Below are positions 39,463 through 50,500 of a DNA stretch of 64,000 nt, piece after piece. The stretch is from Podarcis cretensis (Eukaryota), in assembly GCA_951804945.1 (NCBI GenBank), contig OX638149.1, forward strand, positions 63,302,001 to 63,366,000, given 5' to 3'. Every line of letters begins with the position of its first letter. Position 1 is the first letter of the stretch. The notes beneath the pieces were generated by a model that was given only the letters and a program-made list of their open reading frames with translations, was not told the origin of the DNA and did not search any database. The translations under genes were made by a program, and so were the position numbers.

Positions 39463-39572
39463 AACTCTCCACTATGACCTGTTCATCTTGGGTGCCCTGC
39501 TCGGCATAGTTCATAGCTTCTCTGAGTTCTTCAAGCCCCTTCGCCACGGCAAGGCAGTGATCCATGAAGGGG
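39446..39572 (-). ncRNA. Putative HDV-like self-cleaving ribozyme fold in the BovB 5' UTR
   Basis: Manual fold: P1 CCCCTTC/GAAGGGG, P2 GGATCAC/GTGATCC, P3 GCC/GGC, L3 TTGCCGT, an extended P4 (AGAACTC/GAGTTTT; GCTATGA/TCATAGT) and J4/2 C-C-A-A. The +1 base is a non-canonical C. Confidence 0.55.
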
Positions 39573-40119
39573 AGTCCCATCATATTATTATGCAATATTG
39601 TCCTTATTTATTCAGTCATCCAATCGTTTTCTATCACGCTTTTCAGCTCACAAGCTGGGATGGAGGAGGAATTTGTTTTACACATGGAAATTGGTGGTCC
39701 TGACCTGATTTGAGCTTTGCTAGTAGATTGCCGGCTGTATCAAGTGAACATTCACGTGTGAGCCGATTGTGCTTTTAAAGTTCATATAGAAATAAATCCC
39801 AAGCAAATTAGCTACCTCGAATACAATATTGTCAAAAAAATAATTAGCTCACATGACAGCAAATTCAGGTTTTAAGGGGGTGTTTTGAAGTGGAAAAATA
39901 ACAACATAGTGAATTTATGTTAGGAATTGGAAGGCAGGTACTATAACCTTCCAACCGTTTGACTTTACCCACACTGAACTCCTCCAGTGTCACCGAGACA
40001 GAAGGTTGCTAACCAAATCATTTTATATTAAGTCATATTTTATAGCAGAAAATGATGGGAAGAATTTTTTTTAATTGTCAAATCATTAAATGAATTAAAT
40101 TAAAGAAATTAAATTAAAT

Positions 40120-40405
40120 TAAAAATGCATATACTCGGGTAAGGGGTGTGTGTGTGTATAAATGCATACACTAGCAGATATAATGCAAGATATTAGGGGA
40201 TATTAGGGGAGATTGCTTAGCAATAATGTGCATAATAGTCAAAACAGCATGGAAAAATGTGTATATTAGGAGACATTAGCACTAAAATTTTCATGAGGTT
40301 TTTTAAAAAATTAAATTGCAAATGTGGAGATGTGGAGAATTTAACTTAAAATGGGAAAAATGAGAAAGTGAGAGAAATTAAAATTGACAGATCCATCTCT
40401 TCCTA
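40120..40405 (+). repeat. Unclassified interspersed repeat (second copy at about 50270-50540)
   Basis: Shares the blocks AAAAATGCATATAC, GACATTAGCAC and GGAGAA..TAA..GGAAAAAT..GAGAA..ATTGACAGAT with the second copy. Confidence 0.65.
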
Positions 40406-40559
40406 CATATAAAACAGTTGAGCCCCATGCTGTAATGTATTTCTGCAGCATAAATTTATATCACCACAACCATATTTTTATTCAGTTTTACACATTTAAA
40501 TGCACTGTTGTATGTGCCTTTTTATGTGCAAATGGCAGATTTTCAGATTAGGGGATTAA

Positions 40560-40750
40560 ACTTTATATTCCCCCTTCCCTCCAGGGAGCTCAGAGTGACA
40601 TACATGGTTCTTCCCCTCCTAAGTTTATCTGCACAACCGCCCTGTGAAGTAGGTTAGGCTGAGAGAAAGTGTTTGGCTCAAGGTCCCCCAGTGAGATTCC
40701 AGCTGGGTATAGATTTGAATGCTGGTCTATCCTGAACCCTTATCCAATAC
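40560..40750 (-). mobile_element. MIR/Squam2-like SINE remnant
   Basis: Pattern caaccgccctgtgaagtagg...ggctcaaggtcccccag...gatttgaa, typical of minus-strand CORE-SINEs. Confidence 0.6.
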
Positions 40751-41989
40751 AACAATGTGCTGCCTTTGCAACTGATGTTCTGGACACACTGCTGAATAGA
40801 CTTGTACTGGATCACATTCTCGGGCACATTTGAACCCCTGCATTTCTGTTTTATCGACTGCTGAATTCCATCACATCTGCTGTGATTTCACCATGTCTTT
40901 GCTGTTCTTAAAAGTGGAAACCATAAAGAAAAAGGGAGGCAAGAGAGGGCTGGTTGAAGGAAGGGTGCAGTTGAATGGGAGGAAAGCTTTCTGTCCTTGG
41001 CAATTATAAAACTCTTTTCACTGCAGCTCCCATTTCTGCTGCTAGTCAACTAATACTGTCCCCCTCTGCTGAGTCTGCTGTTCCAGAAACAGTATTTTCT
41101 GTCAGCAAATGACAGGAGACATTGCTTCTGGCAGGGCTGATGCAGTGGGAGGCCAGTAAACCAGAAGAAACTGTCTGGTAAAAGAATTTTTAAGGTCTAC
41201 TGCCTGCAAAGCAGGAGTTCCCCAGCACATAATAAGGAAAGAAGAGATTTAGTAGTGTATTAGCGTCATGATGGCTTCTGACAGGTACTGTATGGTACAA
41301 TAATGTTATTACACTATACTCTTTCTTGCTCACGGGGCTATAAATCTGTGTTTTAGTTATGAAGCACTATCTTTTGTTCCATTCTCTATAAAAGATGTGG
41401 CTTTCAAACATACGGATGTTTGACAATTTTGTTCTGCTAATTCTCTCAAATGGGGGATGTTTGTGTGAAAAGGGGAGGAAGGAGGAAAAGAAATGGAAAC
41501 CTATCCCATTCACATGCTCTGATTCTCCCTGCTGTTCAGAGCACTGAATGATTTAGTGAAAAGCCTTAATGGCTTTACATTAGGCATATATTATAGATAT
41601 TAACAAAGGCATCATGTCTAATTAATCAAATATACTGCACCATATCCCAAGGCGTTTTCTAATGAAGTCGTTTAGAAGAAACAAAAGAGGCAAACAAAGG
41701 TTGGATGTGGCTTGGTGGGGATGGACAGACACTTAGATAAAGGGTAGCAAACGTCTGGCAAAGGGACCAAATCCAGCCCTCTAGGCAGCACTGTCCAGTC
41801 TTTGGGATTTTTTCCAGGCCATGTCCCATCGGTGAGCAACCACAGACTACAACTCTTACTAGCCCTGATCTGCTCCCCATGACCTTCAGTGCTTTTGGCT
41901 GACTGGGGTGTATTCTTTGAACTGTGTAAGTATCTCTTGCTTCCCTGGGTGTGTAGGTTCAGATGTCTAGAAACCTCTGGCTTTTATAT

Positions 41990-43200
41990 GGTTGCGTGTG
42001 GAGGTCCCCAAGCCACCCCCTAAATAAATCACAATTCACACAGATTTTTTGTTTAAGGTTTTTGGCATAATTTTGGCCACAACCTTATTAAAATACATAA
42101 TGTGAGTGGTTGCTTAGGCATTGGTTACGACTATCTGTCCCCGCCCCAGGACAGAACTGACTTCTGGATTCCAGCGAAAGCCAGTAAAGGAAAACAATAT
42201 TGGGGAGAGAATGGGGCTGGGCACCATATCCTCACCCCTCCTCACATGCTCCCAGGGGCTTGCGCGGCCCAAGCCCCTTGTCAGGGATTTGGACAAAAGC
42301 ATGGCAAACCCCTGGATTCCTCTAACAGAATTCCCTTGCAGCAGCAGCGTTGGAGGGGCAGGAACTGCCAACCCTTACCCCTCCACCAACCAAATTTTAA
42401 CCAATGCCTAACCGCAACGATTTGCTACGCACTAGGCAAAAACCAAATGGCACCAGCCAATCAGCCAAATGGAAAAAATTCCTACCAGGCCCCTGCTCCA
42501 AAGCAGATGACCTCATGACAGGCATAGCAATGTCAAACGCAACAGCCCTAAATTAGGGAGGGTAGGCAGGCGATCCGATGCACACAGCCAAAGGGACTGC
42601 ACCATGCTGCATGCTAAGAATATATAACCTTTGGGCCAACCCACTAAATGGTAACATCAAAATCTCCCTAACAACCCAAACTGACCCAATCACAGTCATG
42701 GCCATCCAAACAGTTCCACCCAGCAACCAAGGGGGGGAGTCCTGCTAGACCCCACCGCAACATGTGCCCTCCACGAAGGAAACACACTTTGTTGTACATG
42801 TTAATGTTCAAAAGAGAGAGTAAAATTAATCCATAAGTGGTATTTGGCCCCAACCAGCAGGGAAAAGGTGGTGGGGCGTTTCCGCCCAGGGCTGCCTCCC
42901 CCCGGGCATGGAGGCTCTGATGCTGGCTCCCCTGTTTGACAGCTGTGTGGAGGGTGGCCGTCTGCCAAGTATTGAAGGGGTGTTGGCTGGTGACTCTCGG
43001 GGGTCCCTTTACAGATCCCCACCTCAGTTAGCAACCAGCCCGAAGGGGCTGTGTGTGTGGTGTGTGTAGGGGAGAAGCAGGCTAGGCGATGTGTGGCCCA
43101 CAGGTTCTGTGTCAAAATGGTGTTCAAGCGGGCGGCCTAGTGGTGAAGTGACCACTGACACCACTTCCAAAATGGTGCCAAGGCTTGTGTGCTCCTTATG
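41990..43200 (-). mobile_element. Non-coding (non-autonomous) relative of the YR retroelement
   Basis: 41990-42415 is homologous, as reverse complement, to 60235-60687 and ends at the same CACGCAACC terminus. The upstream part is GC-rich with no recognisable ORF. The far boundary is uncertain (43200-43385). Confidence 0.7.
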
Positions 43201-43381
43201 AAGTGCTCACTTAGGTGGGACCCCTACCAGCATGGGAGAAGCAGTAGTGGCTTCTGAGTTCTAGCAAGATACTAGAACCTGGAACCTGACCCTACAGTTA
43301 CACAACCTCGGCTGTGGCAGGGTGGTGGTGGAGGTGGCAGAAGCCAAGCTAAGCAACACCTTCTTTTCCACCTCAGGATGG

Positions 43382-43385
<4 letters not shown>

Positions 43386-43447
<62 letters not shown>

Positions 43448-43450
43448 ACA
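43386..43450. repeat. Compound (CT)n(CA)n microsatellite
   Basis: Seen directly. Confidence 0.98.
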
Positions 43451-45919
43451 TTGTTTAATTAAAAATAAGGACTAAACATGATTCAAGATTAAAGGTGAAT
43501 TTTACAATGTTGAAGGATAATTCATATGAACCTGCTTAGGATTTGCCCTCAGTTTGTGAGGCCCTTTCTTGTCAATTCATCTCCTGCCAGCTGATATCCA
43601 TCTGGTGGATACAACAGAGGGGGCTATTCTTGGTTGCTGCCCCTAAATTATGAAAAACATCCCAAGAGAGATTTGTCTGGCATCTTTTTACCAACTTTTT
43701 AAAGGTTCTTGACAGTTTTATTTCAGACTGTTTCATTTTCAGCAGGCTACCCCCCCCCCCCTTTATAATGAACTTCCTTGAGTTAACTTAGCTTAGGGGC
43801 CATGCCTATGTGTTTCATTTGCAACTCCTGTTGTGTTTTATTCAGTTGGTTTATTGCTGCTGAGGATTGCTTGCTGTTCTTAGAATTGTATTTTAAGCTT
43901 GCTTTTGTCATATATATTTAATTTATTACTTCATGAGTATGCCTTTAACATTGAAAATTAAGCCTACCCAGAAATGGAGAATGGTGGCATGTGTTTTTAT
44001 CTTGTTTTCGGCTTATCAAACATTTTATTTTTAAAAAAATGCTTTACATATTTTACTGGTGTTTTGTTTTTTGTTGGTCTTTTTTTTTTTTGCTTCATTC
44101 TTGTAAGCTGCTTTGAGGTTTTATTACAATCCAAAGGTACAGAAATCTTGTGAAATAAAATAACAAATGGATAAATGACACCAGCAACAGCAATAAATTT
44201 CCAGGTATAATTTGAAGTGGAGGCCTGAGTCAATATATATAACTGGACCAGATTTGCACATCTGATCAACGATTACCTCACTAAGTGGCAACGGGGAAAT
44301 GGGTGTTGCTCTCTCCTAAGTTACCCATTTCAAGGGAATGAAAAGGAACCAGTGCTAGATGTCCTTATAGGGCTTTAGTCAGGATCACTGGCTGTAAAGT
44401 GCCTGGCATGTTGCAATAGCTGAAATTTTCAGGCCTGGCAAAAGGACTTAGTGTCTATTGTGCTAACGAGAACTGTCTAAAAATCTATGAGAAATGAATT
44501 ATTTAAAATAGAACACACGATTCCATCACAGAAGTGCAGAAAACTGCAACAAGGGTACAAGTGTATGACATTATATGAAAATTAATCCAGAATTTCAGGC
44601 AGAAAAACAAACCGAATAACATTTAAATAAAATTGAAGAACTCTTTTTTAAAAAAAGAAGTATAGACCAATTACTTGTGGGTTGTTGTGGGGATCAAATG
44701 GGGAGGAACCATGTATCACTTTAAGTTTCATGGGGGAAAGGCAGGTTATAAATGTAATCAATATGTAAGATTATCTCAAGAAGGCAGAACAAGACTAGAC
44801 AAGCTGATGGTGCCTTCCCATGACAATTTGCCCACACTGAGGGAGGGCAGCATATCTGGAAACATTTCATTGGCCATCAGGTATCACCTGACTGTTCAAC
44901 CCAGGGAGCTTATAGGCTTCACTATGAACATTCCAACTGATAATTCTGTCCACTGACCAGTTTAGTGAACAGAGCAGGAAGCCAGTTTCCTGATCTACAT
45001 AACTTCTGGATTGAGTCCTGCAGCTTCTGTCATGAAACATCTTCTCTTAGGAACATATATTTGATTCTTTGCAGCAGAGTCTTTAATCAAAAGCAAATCC
45101 CAGAGTAAATGCCCAGAATCGCCTTCCCCACAGTCCCAAAAGTAACAACTTATTATCCTGGACCAAAATGTTTCTTCTCGCTTTTTGTTTTGAACCCCTT
45201 TGAGTATTATTGTTTTTAAAATTTGAAAATCACCAACTCCATGCCGCTGGATATGGTGTTTCATGGCATGTACATCCACAGGCAGCCTCTGGCTTTGAGA
45301 ATTCTTCCTACAGGTCACTGAAAGATTGAAGAGGCGACATGCCCTGTAAATCCGAAATCATCTGGCATTATTGAACATGCTCAGGTCACCAAAACCCAAC
45401 AGCATGTGCATTTTAAAAAGCCCATTCTGACTACTGAGAGTAATTAGCTCATGTTTATATGGTCTTTCTACCCACAGGCCAGAACACTGCTTTTTGATAG
45501 CTGGAAACCAATAGATCAAAAAGGCAACACAGGTGCATAGCTGAACAAAGGCTGACTGATATGAAAACATCCCACAGCAGCCCATCATGTAAACTACAAA
45601 GGATGACCTACAGGCAAACAAAAATATATGATATAAAGTATTGCACAGAGTAAGAAACTAAGAAGAACTCTGCTGACTGGCTGTGCTCACAGGGAGAGGG
45701 CCTATGGCAAATTGTCCCTAGAAGAGGAAGAGCAAACACTTTATTTATGATTTTGCTGCAATTGTTACTCACAGAATGACATATTGCTATATTAACCACA
45801 GATGCATACCAGGGAATAATGACCTATTATGTTTTCCCTTTTTTTCCTTCAAATTTCCAGTCTAATGCCTTTTTTGCAATAACAGCAACAATCTCCTTTA
45901 AAAATAGTAATGAGATGTA

Positions 45920-46145
45920 CAGTGGTACTTCGGGTTACATACGCTTCCGGTTACAGACTACGCAAACCCAGAAATAGTACCTTGGGTTAAGAACTTTGCT
46001 TCAGGATGAGATCAGAAATCATGTGGCGGTGGTGCAGTGGCAGCAGGAGGCCTGTTTAACTAAAGTGGTGCTTCAGGTTAAGAACAGTTTCAGGTTAAGA
46101 ACAGACCTCCAGTACGAATTAAGTTCTTAACCCAAGGTACCACTG
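45920..46145. mobile_element. Tc1/mariner (Tigger-like) MITE, same family as 35668
   Basis: TIRs CAGTGGTAC / GTACCACTG with TA TSD. Collinear with 35668-35909. Confidence 0.92.
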
Positions 46146-46870
46146 TATTGCATCTCATAGTAAACAGTGCAGACTGTGAGTATGTCACACTTTTGATTCA
46201 TCCATGGCTATTCCAGCCTTGTGTAACCTCACGATCTTGCTGGACTATGACTCCCATCATCTCTGGCCATTGGCCATGCTAACCAGGCCTGAAGAGAGCT
46301 GGAGTCTAACAACATCAGGAGAGCACCAGTTTGGGAAAGGATGACACACTGCTAGTACATAACACTCCACTTAGTTTCTACAGATGGAAAATTGAAATTA
46401 CTTCTGGGACTCCCTTTCCCCATGATCTGTTATGCAGTCAAAATGATGTCCCCTTGATTAGGGTCTTATAATTTACCCCATTTCTCTTGGTCTAGACGTG
46501 AGTATAGAGAACTCATGGAGGTTGAGTGGGCCTGTTGTCTCCACACTCCTTATCTCAGTGTACTAATATTGCACCTTGATAACTTCAATGATTTACAGTT
46601 AGTCAGGTTTGGGGGAGTGATGCATGTGTGTGTTGCTGGGAGAGGCCTATTTTTTAAATTATTATTAAAATTGTATACCACCCTATACCCGCAGGTTTCA
46701 GGGCAGTTCACAGGATAAAATCACAATACAAAAACACAGAATACATAATCAAAATAAAAACTAGAACAACCCAATAACCTCCCTCCAACACATTTTAAAA
46801 GGGCATTGAATGTCAGTCTAAAGAGACAACCACCAGCAGAGAAGAAAAAACCTCTTCAGAGTTTTGGCTG

Positions 46871-47190
46871 TGCTATGTATTCAATGGTTTGTGTTTACCT
46901 GAACTTCAGCCTGGACTAAGGAATCTGAGCCCCTGTGTGCTGATTCGATACATGCTATCCAATCACAGAACATTTCAGGATTTGGGCCTCTGCCATTGGC
47001 CCTTAAACTCTGAGTTATGATTTGCAGTTTGGCATTTAGACAGCCAATCATGTTGAGAGTGGGAGTGGCCCAGGCCTTCAGAAATGTATATAACCAGTTG
47101 TGTTGCCCCTGTTGTCTAGTTCTGTTAGTTCAATAAAGGTTCTTGCCATTATCACTGTGTCTTGCTTTGTGGGAACCCACCTACACTTTA
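46871..47190 (+). mobile_element. Solo LTR
   Basis: 5-bp TSD GGCTG (46866-46870, 47191-47195). Starts TG and ends TA (possibly a mutated CA). Two CCAAT boxes (about 46960 and 47044), TATATAA at about 47087 and AATAAA at 47132, in the expected order. Confidence 0.8.
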
Positions 47191-47396
47191 GGCTGGACTG
47201 TTAAAGAAAAAAAGGATCCCTTTCATGCAGAGCCCCCTGCCTAAACATATATAGCACGTGTGCACATAGTCTTACTCAGAAACATACTGCTAGTACATGG
47301 AGGTCAGGCTGGAGAAAGCAAGCATATCTCTTCACTGGAAAAATCTGAAAGGGCTGATGGTCATGGAGATAACTAGGCTTTCAAAGCCTGTTGCCA

Positions 47397-47512
47397 TCAT
47401 GGAATTGCAGAGTTGGAGAGAACCACGAGGGTCATCTAGTCCAACCCCCTGTAATGCGGGCAACCCACAATCCTGAGATTAAGAGTCTTGTGCTCTACCA
47501 AGTTAGTTATGC
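47397..47512 (-). mobile_element. Short tRNA-derived/CR1-tailed SINE remnant
   Basis: The minus strand reads ..TTGGTAGAGCACAAGACTCTTAATCTCAGG..GGTTGGACTAGATGACCCTC..CCAACTCT..ATTCCATG. Confidence 0.6.
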
Positions 47513-50500
47513 AGTTGGAATGGAATAAAGGCACACTGGGTTGTTTTGGGAAGCCTAACCACAAAGTTAGAGATTACCTTTCAGGAAGTATGGAATGAGG
47601 AAGGGCCTTATTGGAGAGCCTTGAGGCATGGCTACTGAGGCCTACTTTGGGGATTGTCAGCTGCCAGAAGTTCTTCTGCAAGTTATGCTTCATTAAAAGG
47701 CAAGCTTAGATTGCAGGACTTTATACAGATCAACACCTATCATGAGACAGAATGCTTATCAACAACTCCTGTTTTCATTAGGGGGTCCCCCCCATTTCAC
47801 AACAGTTCCATCTCTGACTAACTTCTTGGATATATAGATAAATGGAAAGTTGAATTGTTGTTTGGTAACTTCTCAGTATCCAAAGTGTAAGCAGGTGTAA
47901 GAGTGCATAAGGAGCTACTGTGAATCAGCCCATTCTTAGGTTTCAGTATTTCGTGCAATATTCAGTTGAGTGAACTTTTAAAAATGTGGGCATCATCAGT
48001 TCTGGCAGATAATAGCCCTACAGAACATTTTGCTTTTTATGTCAGCTGCAGCCTGATTTAGCCTCCCAAAATGTCCAGCGGAATGACGGAATCCACAGGT
48101 CACAAACAAAGCGGCTCAAAAAGGGTGATATGTCACAATCAGGGCAATACTAAAAGCTTAATTTATATGAAAGCTGATGTCTGTAGCACTTGCTTCAAGA
48201 AAGGGGACAAGAGAGAAAGAGATAATACCAAGCTAGGATGATAAATCTGCTCAGAGATGCAGTAGCCTCTGCCAGGACTGATGATTTTCTTTTTTAAAAT
48301 GTCAAACCTCTCACATTTTTTATCTGGAAGGCAAAATGTTAATTTTCCATAGCTAAGTGTCCACGTTTGCTTTCCACATACAAGTGTTCTTGACTAAGTT
48401 TTGTTTTCAATCTGATTTTTCTGAATGCTTGTTGCTAACTGCTCCTTGATTAAAAAAATGAAAGGCAGGTTACTACTACTTCTATGGCTACAAGCCACTA
48501 TGTACAAGCCACTCTCAGTGGCCATATTTATTTAATTTACTTTATCGCACAACATTTATGTGCCACTTGATTGTAACAAAACCTCAAAGCAGTTTGCAAT
48601 AGATATTAAAATAATAAATAAAAACAATTTAAAACATGGAAAGAGAATTAATATTAACAGCAAAACAATAAAAATATGTCAACATCTAGGTGTCTGGGTA
48701 GGCTTGCCTGAAGAAAAAGGGTTTTAGGAGGCACCAAAAAGAGTACAGCAAACAGGCAGGAAGTTTCAAAGTATAGAGACTGCCACACTAAAATATAGAT
48801 TTTATAACAGTGCAGATTGAGTATTATGTTGCACCTCTTATGTGGCACTTATAATAGTGCCAGTTCTGCAGATTGAAGTGGTTGACTGGGCAAATATGGA
48901 GTAAGGCCATCCCTTAAGTTACAGGGTTCCAAGCTGTTATGGGCTTTATATACCCTCCCACTTGACTCCTTGGTCTGGGCTAGTGCTGTGCCATGTTCTC
49001 AGATGGGTGCAGCTGACTTAGATCTGGGCCACTCAGCTCACCAATCCAAGTCTCAATAATACAGGCCAACTCAACCCCTTCAGCCAAGATCAAGTCATGG
49101 ATGAGCATGGTCTTACTATGTACTGATCAATAACAACAACACCAGACCAGCATGTCCCTGAATTCCAGTTCCTGGGAATCACAAGTGAGTAGAGTGATGT
49201 TGCTTTGGGGCTTCCCACAGGCATATGGCTGGCCACTGTGGGAAAAGGATGCTGAACTAGACGGGCCATTGGAATGATCCATCAGGCTCTCCTTGTGTTC
49301 TGAGACTGCAGTAGATTTGACAGGCCCTCTTCACCCTTAGTCAATGACAAGGGGGAACTTGAAGAATGTTAGCTAACTTACATACGAGGGAGAGCACAAC
49401 TGCAATTCAGAAGAACTCCTTCTGAAGGTCCAGCCACAAGCTGATGCTTTTCTCTCACACAGCAGCATAGTAAATATTTCTATTTCCTTCTGCCCATGAA
49501 GCTACAACTTAATAATAATAAAAAATAACCCAAGGTATACTGCTTTTTTGAATGACCACATAAGTCAGAGGTACTGGCTGTATTTCTGAGTAAGTTGCTG
49601 AAGTAAAAGTTGCTTGGCAAAAACTAATTTGAAACTTGTTTTCTGGGTTTTCCTGAACATGATCCCTTCTGGCTTACATATTTGGTGTTTATTGCACTAC
49701 AGATTTCTACTGCAGAAGGTATGAGTGGGTGTAGCTCTGTTTATGATTAATTATTTTTATTTAGACCTTATCTCTGCAGGTGAAATTTTTCCAACGATGC
49801 CATCAAGCAAATGCATCTGATGCTTTCTCTCTTAGCAACCTCCCAACATTATTTCCTCAGGAAGTTGCCATAGGCTACACCAAATGCGAACTCCAGTTTC
49901 AAGGCTCAATCAATGCCAGAGATGCTATAAAACTGAACTGTGAACTTCTGCATAGTATTTGCATGATGTGAGACCAAGGTCCTCTTTCCAAGGCCTCCGA
50001 TTCAAACTGGCTTTTTATTTCTCATGCACGTGTATAGATTCGGCAGTGCATAAAAATGAAGTGAGATTTCCCACCCATTTCACCAGTTACTCAGATATCA
50101 TCTTCTTTTGTCACTAATAGTTTTTTGTAATGACAGGCAAGGCTAGTGAAAGTAGAGGGAGACTATACAGTACATTACAGAAAACCATGGAGTGCTTTGG
50201 TTCTGAACTGTATGTAAATTAACCTGTCATCATTTTTGTAGCATTCAAGGTGCTCTTTCAAACAATCTGTACAAAAATGCATATACCGGGGGGAAAGTGT
50301 GAATGAAAACACATACATCAGACAAAACAACATCCACATAAACATTGTATTAAGGGAAATTGCTCTCCAAAAATATGTACATTGGGGGAAATTGCATACG
50401 AAAATGTATATTGTAAGACATTAGCACCCAAATCCTTGTCACTTTTTTTCATTTTCTCAAACTGTTGTGGAAATTTGGAGAACTGAGTTTAAGATTGGAA

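Larger units (their letters stand above)
36349..39572 (-). mobile_element. Full-length RTE-BovB LINE retrotransposon
   Basis: About 3.2 kb with one long ORF and a (CAA)n tail at 36349-36361. The 11-bp TSD AGTCCCATCAT lies at 36338-36348 and 39573-39583. The 5' end CCCCTTCATGGATCACTGCCTTGCCGTGGCGAAGGGG is typical of RTE/BovB elements. Confidence 0.97.

Noticed and set aside
49780-49971. Possible terminal coding exon after CTCTGCAG
   Set aside because: No recognisable product or linked upstream exon, so support is insufficient.
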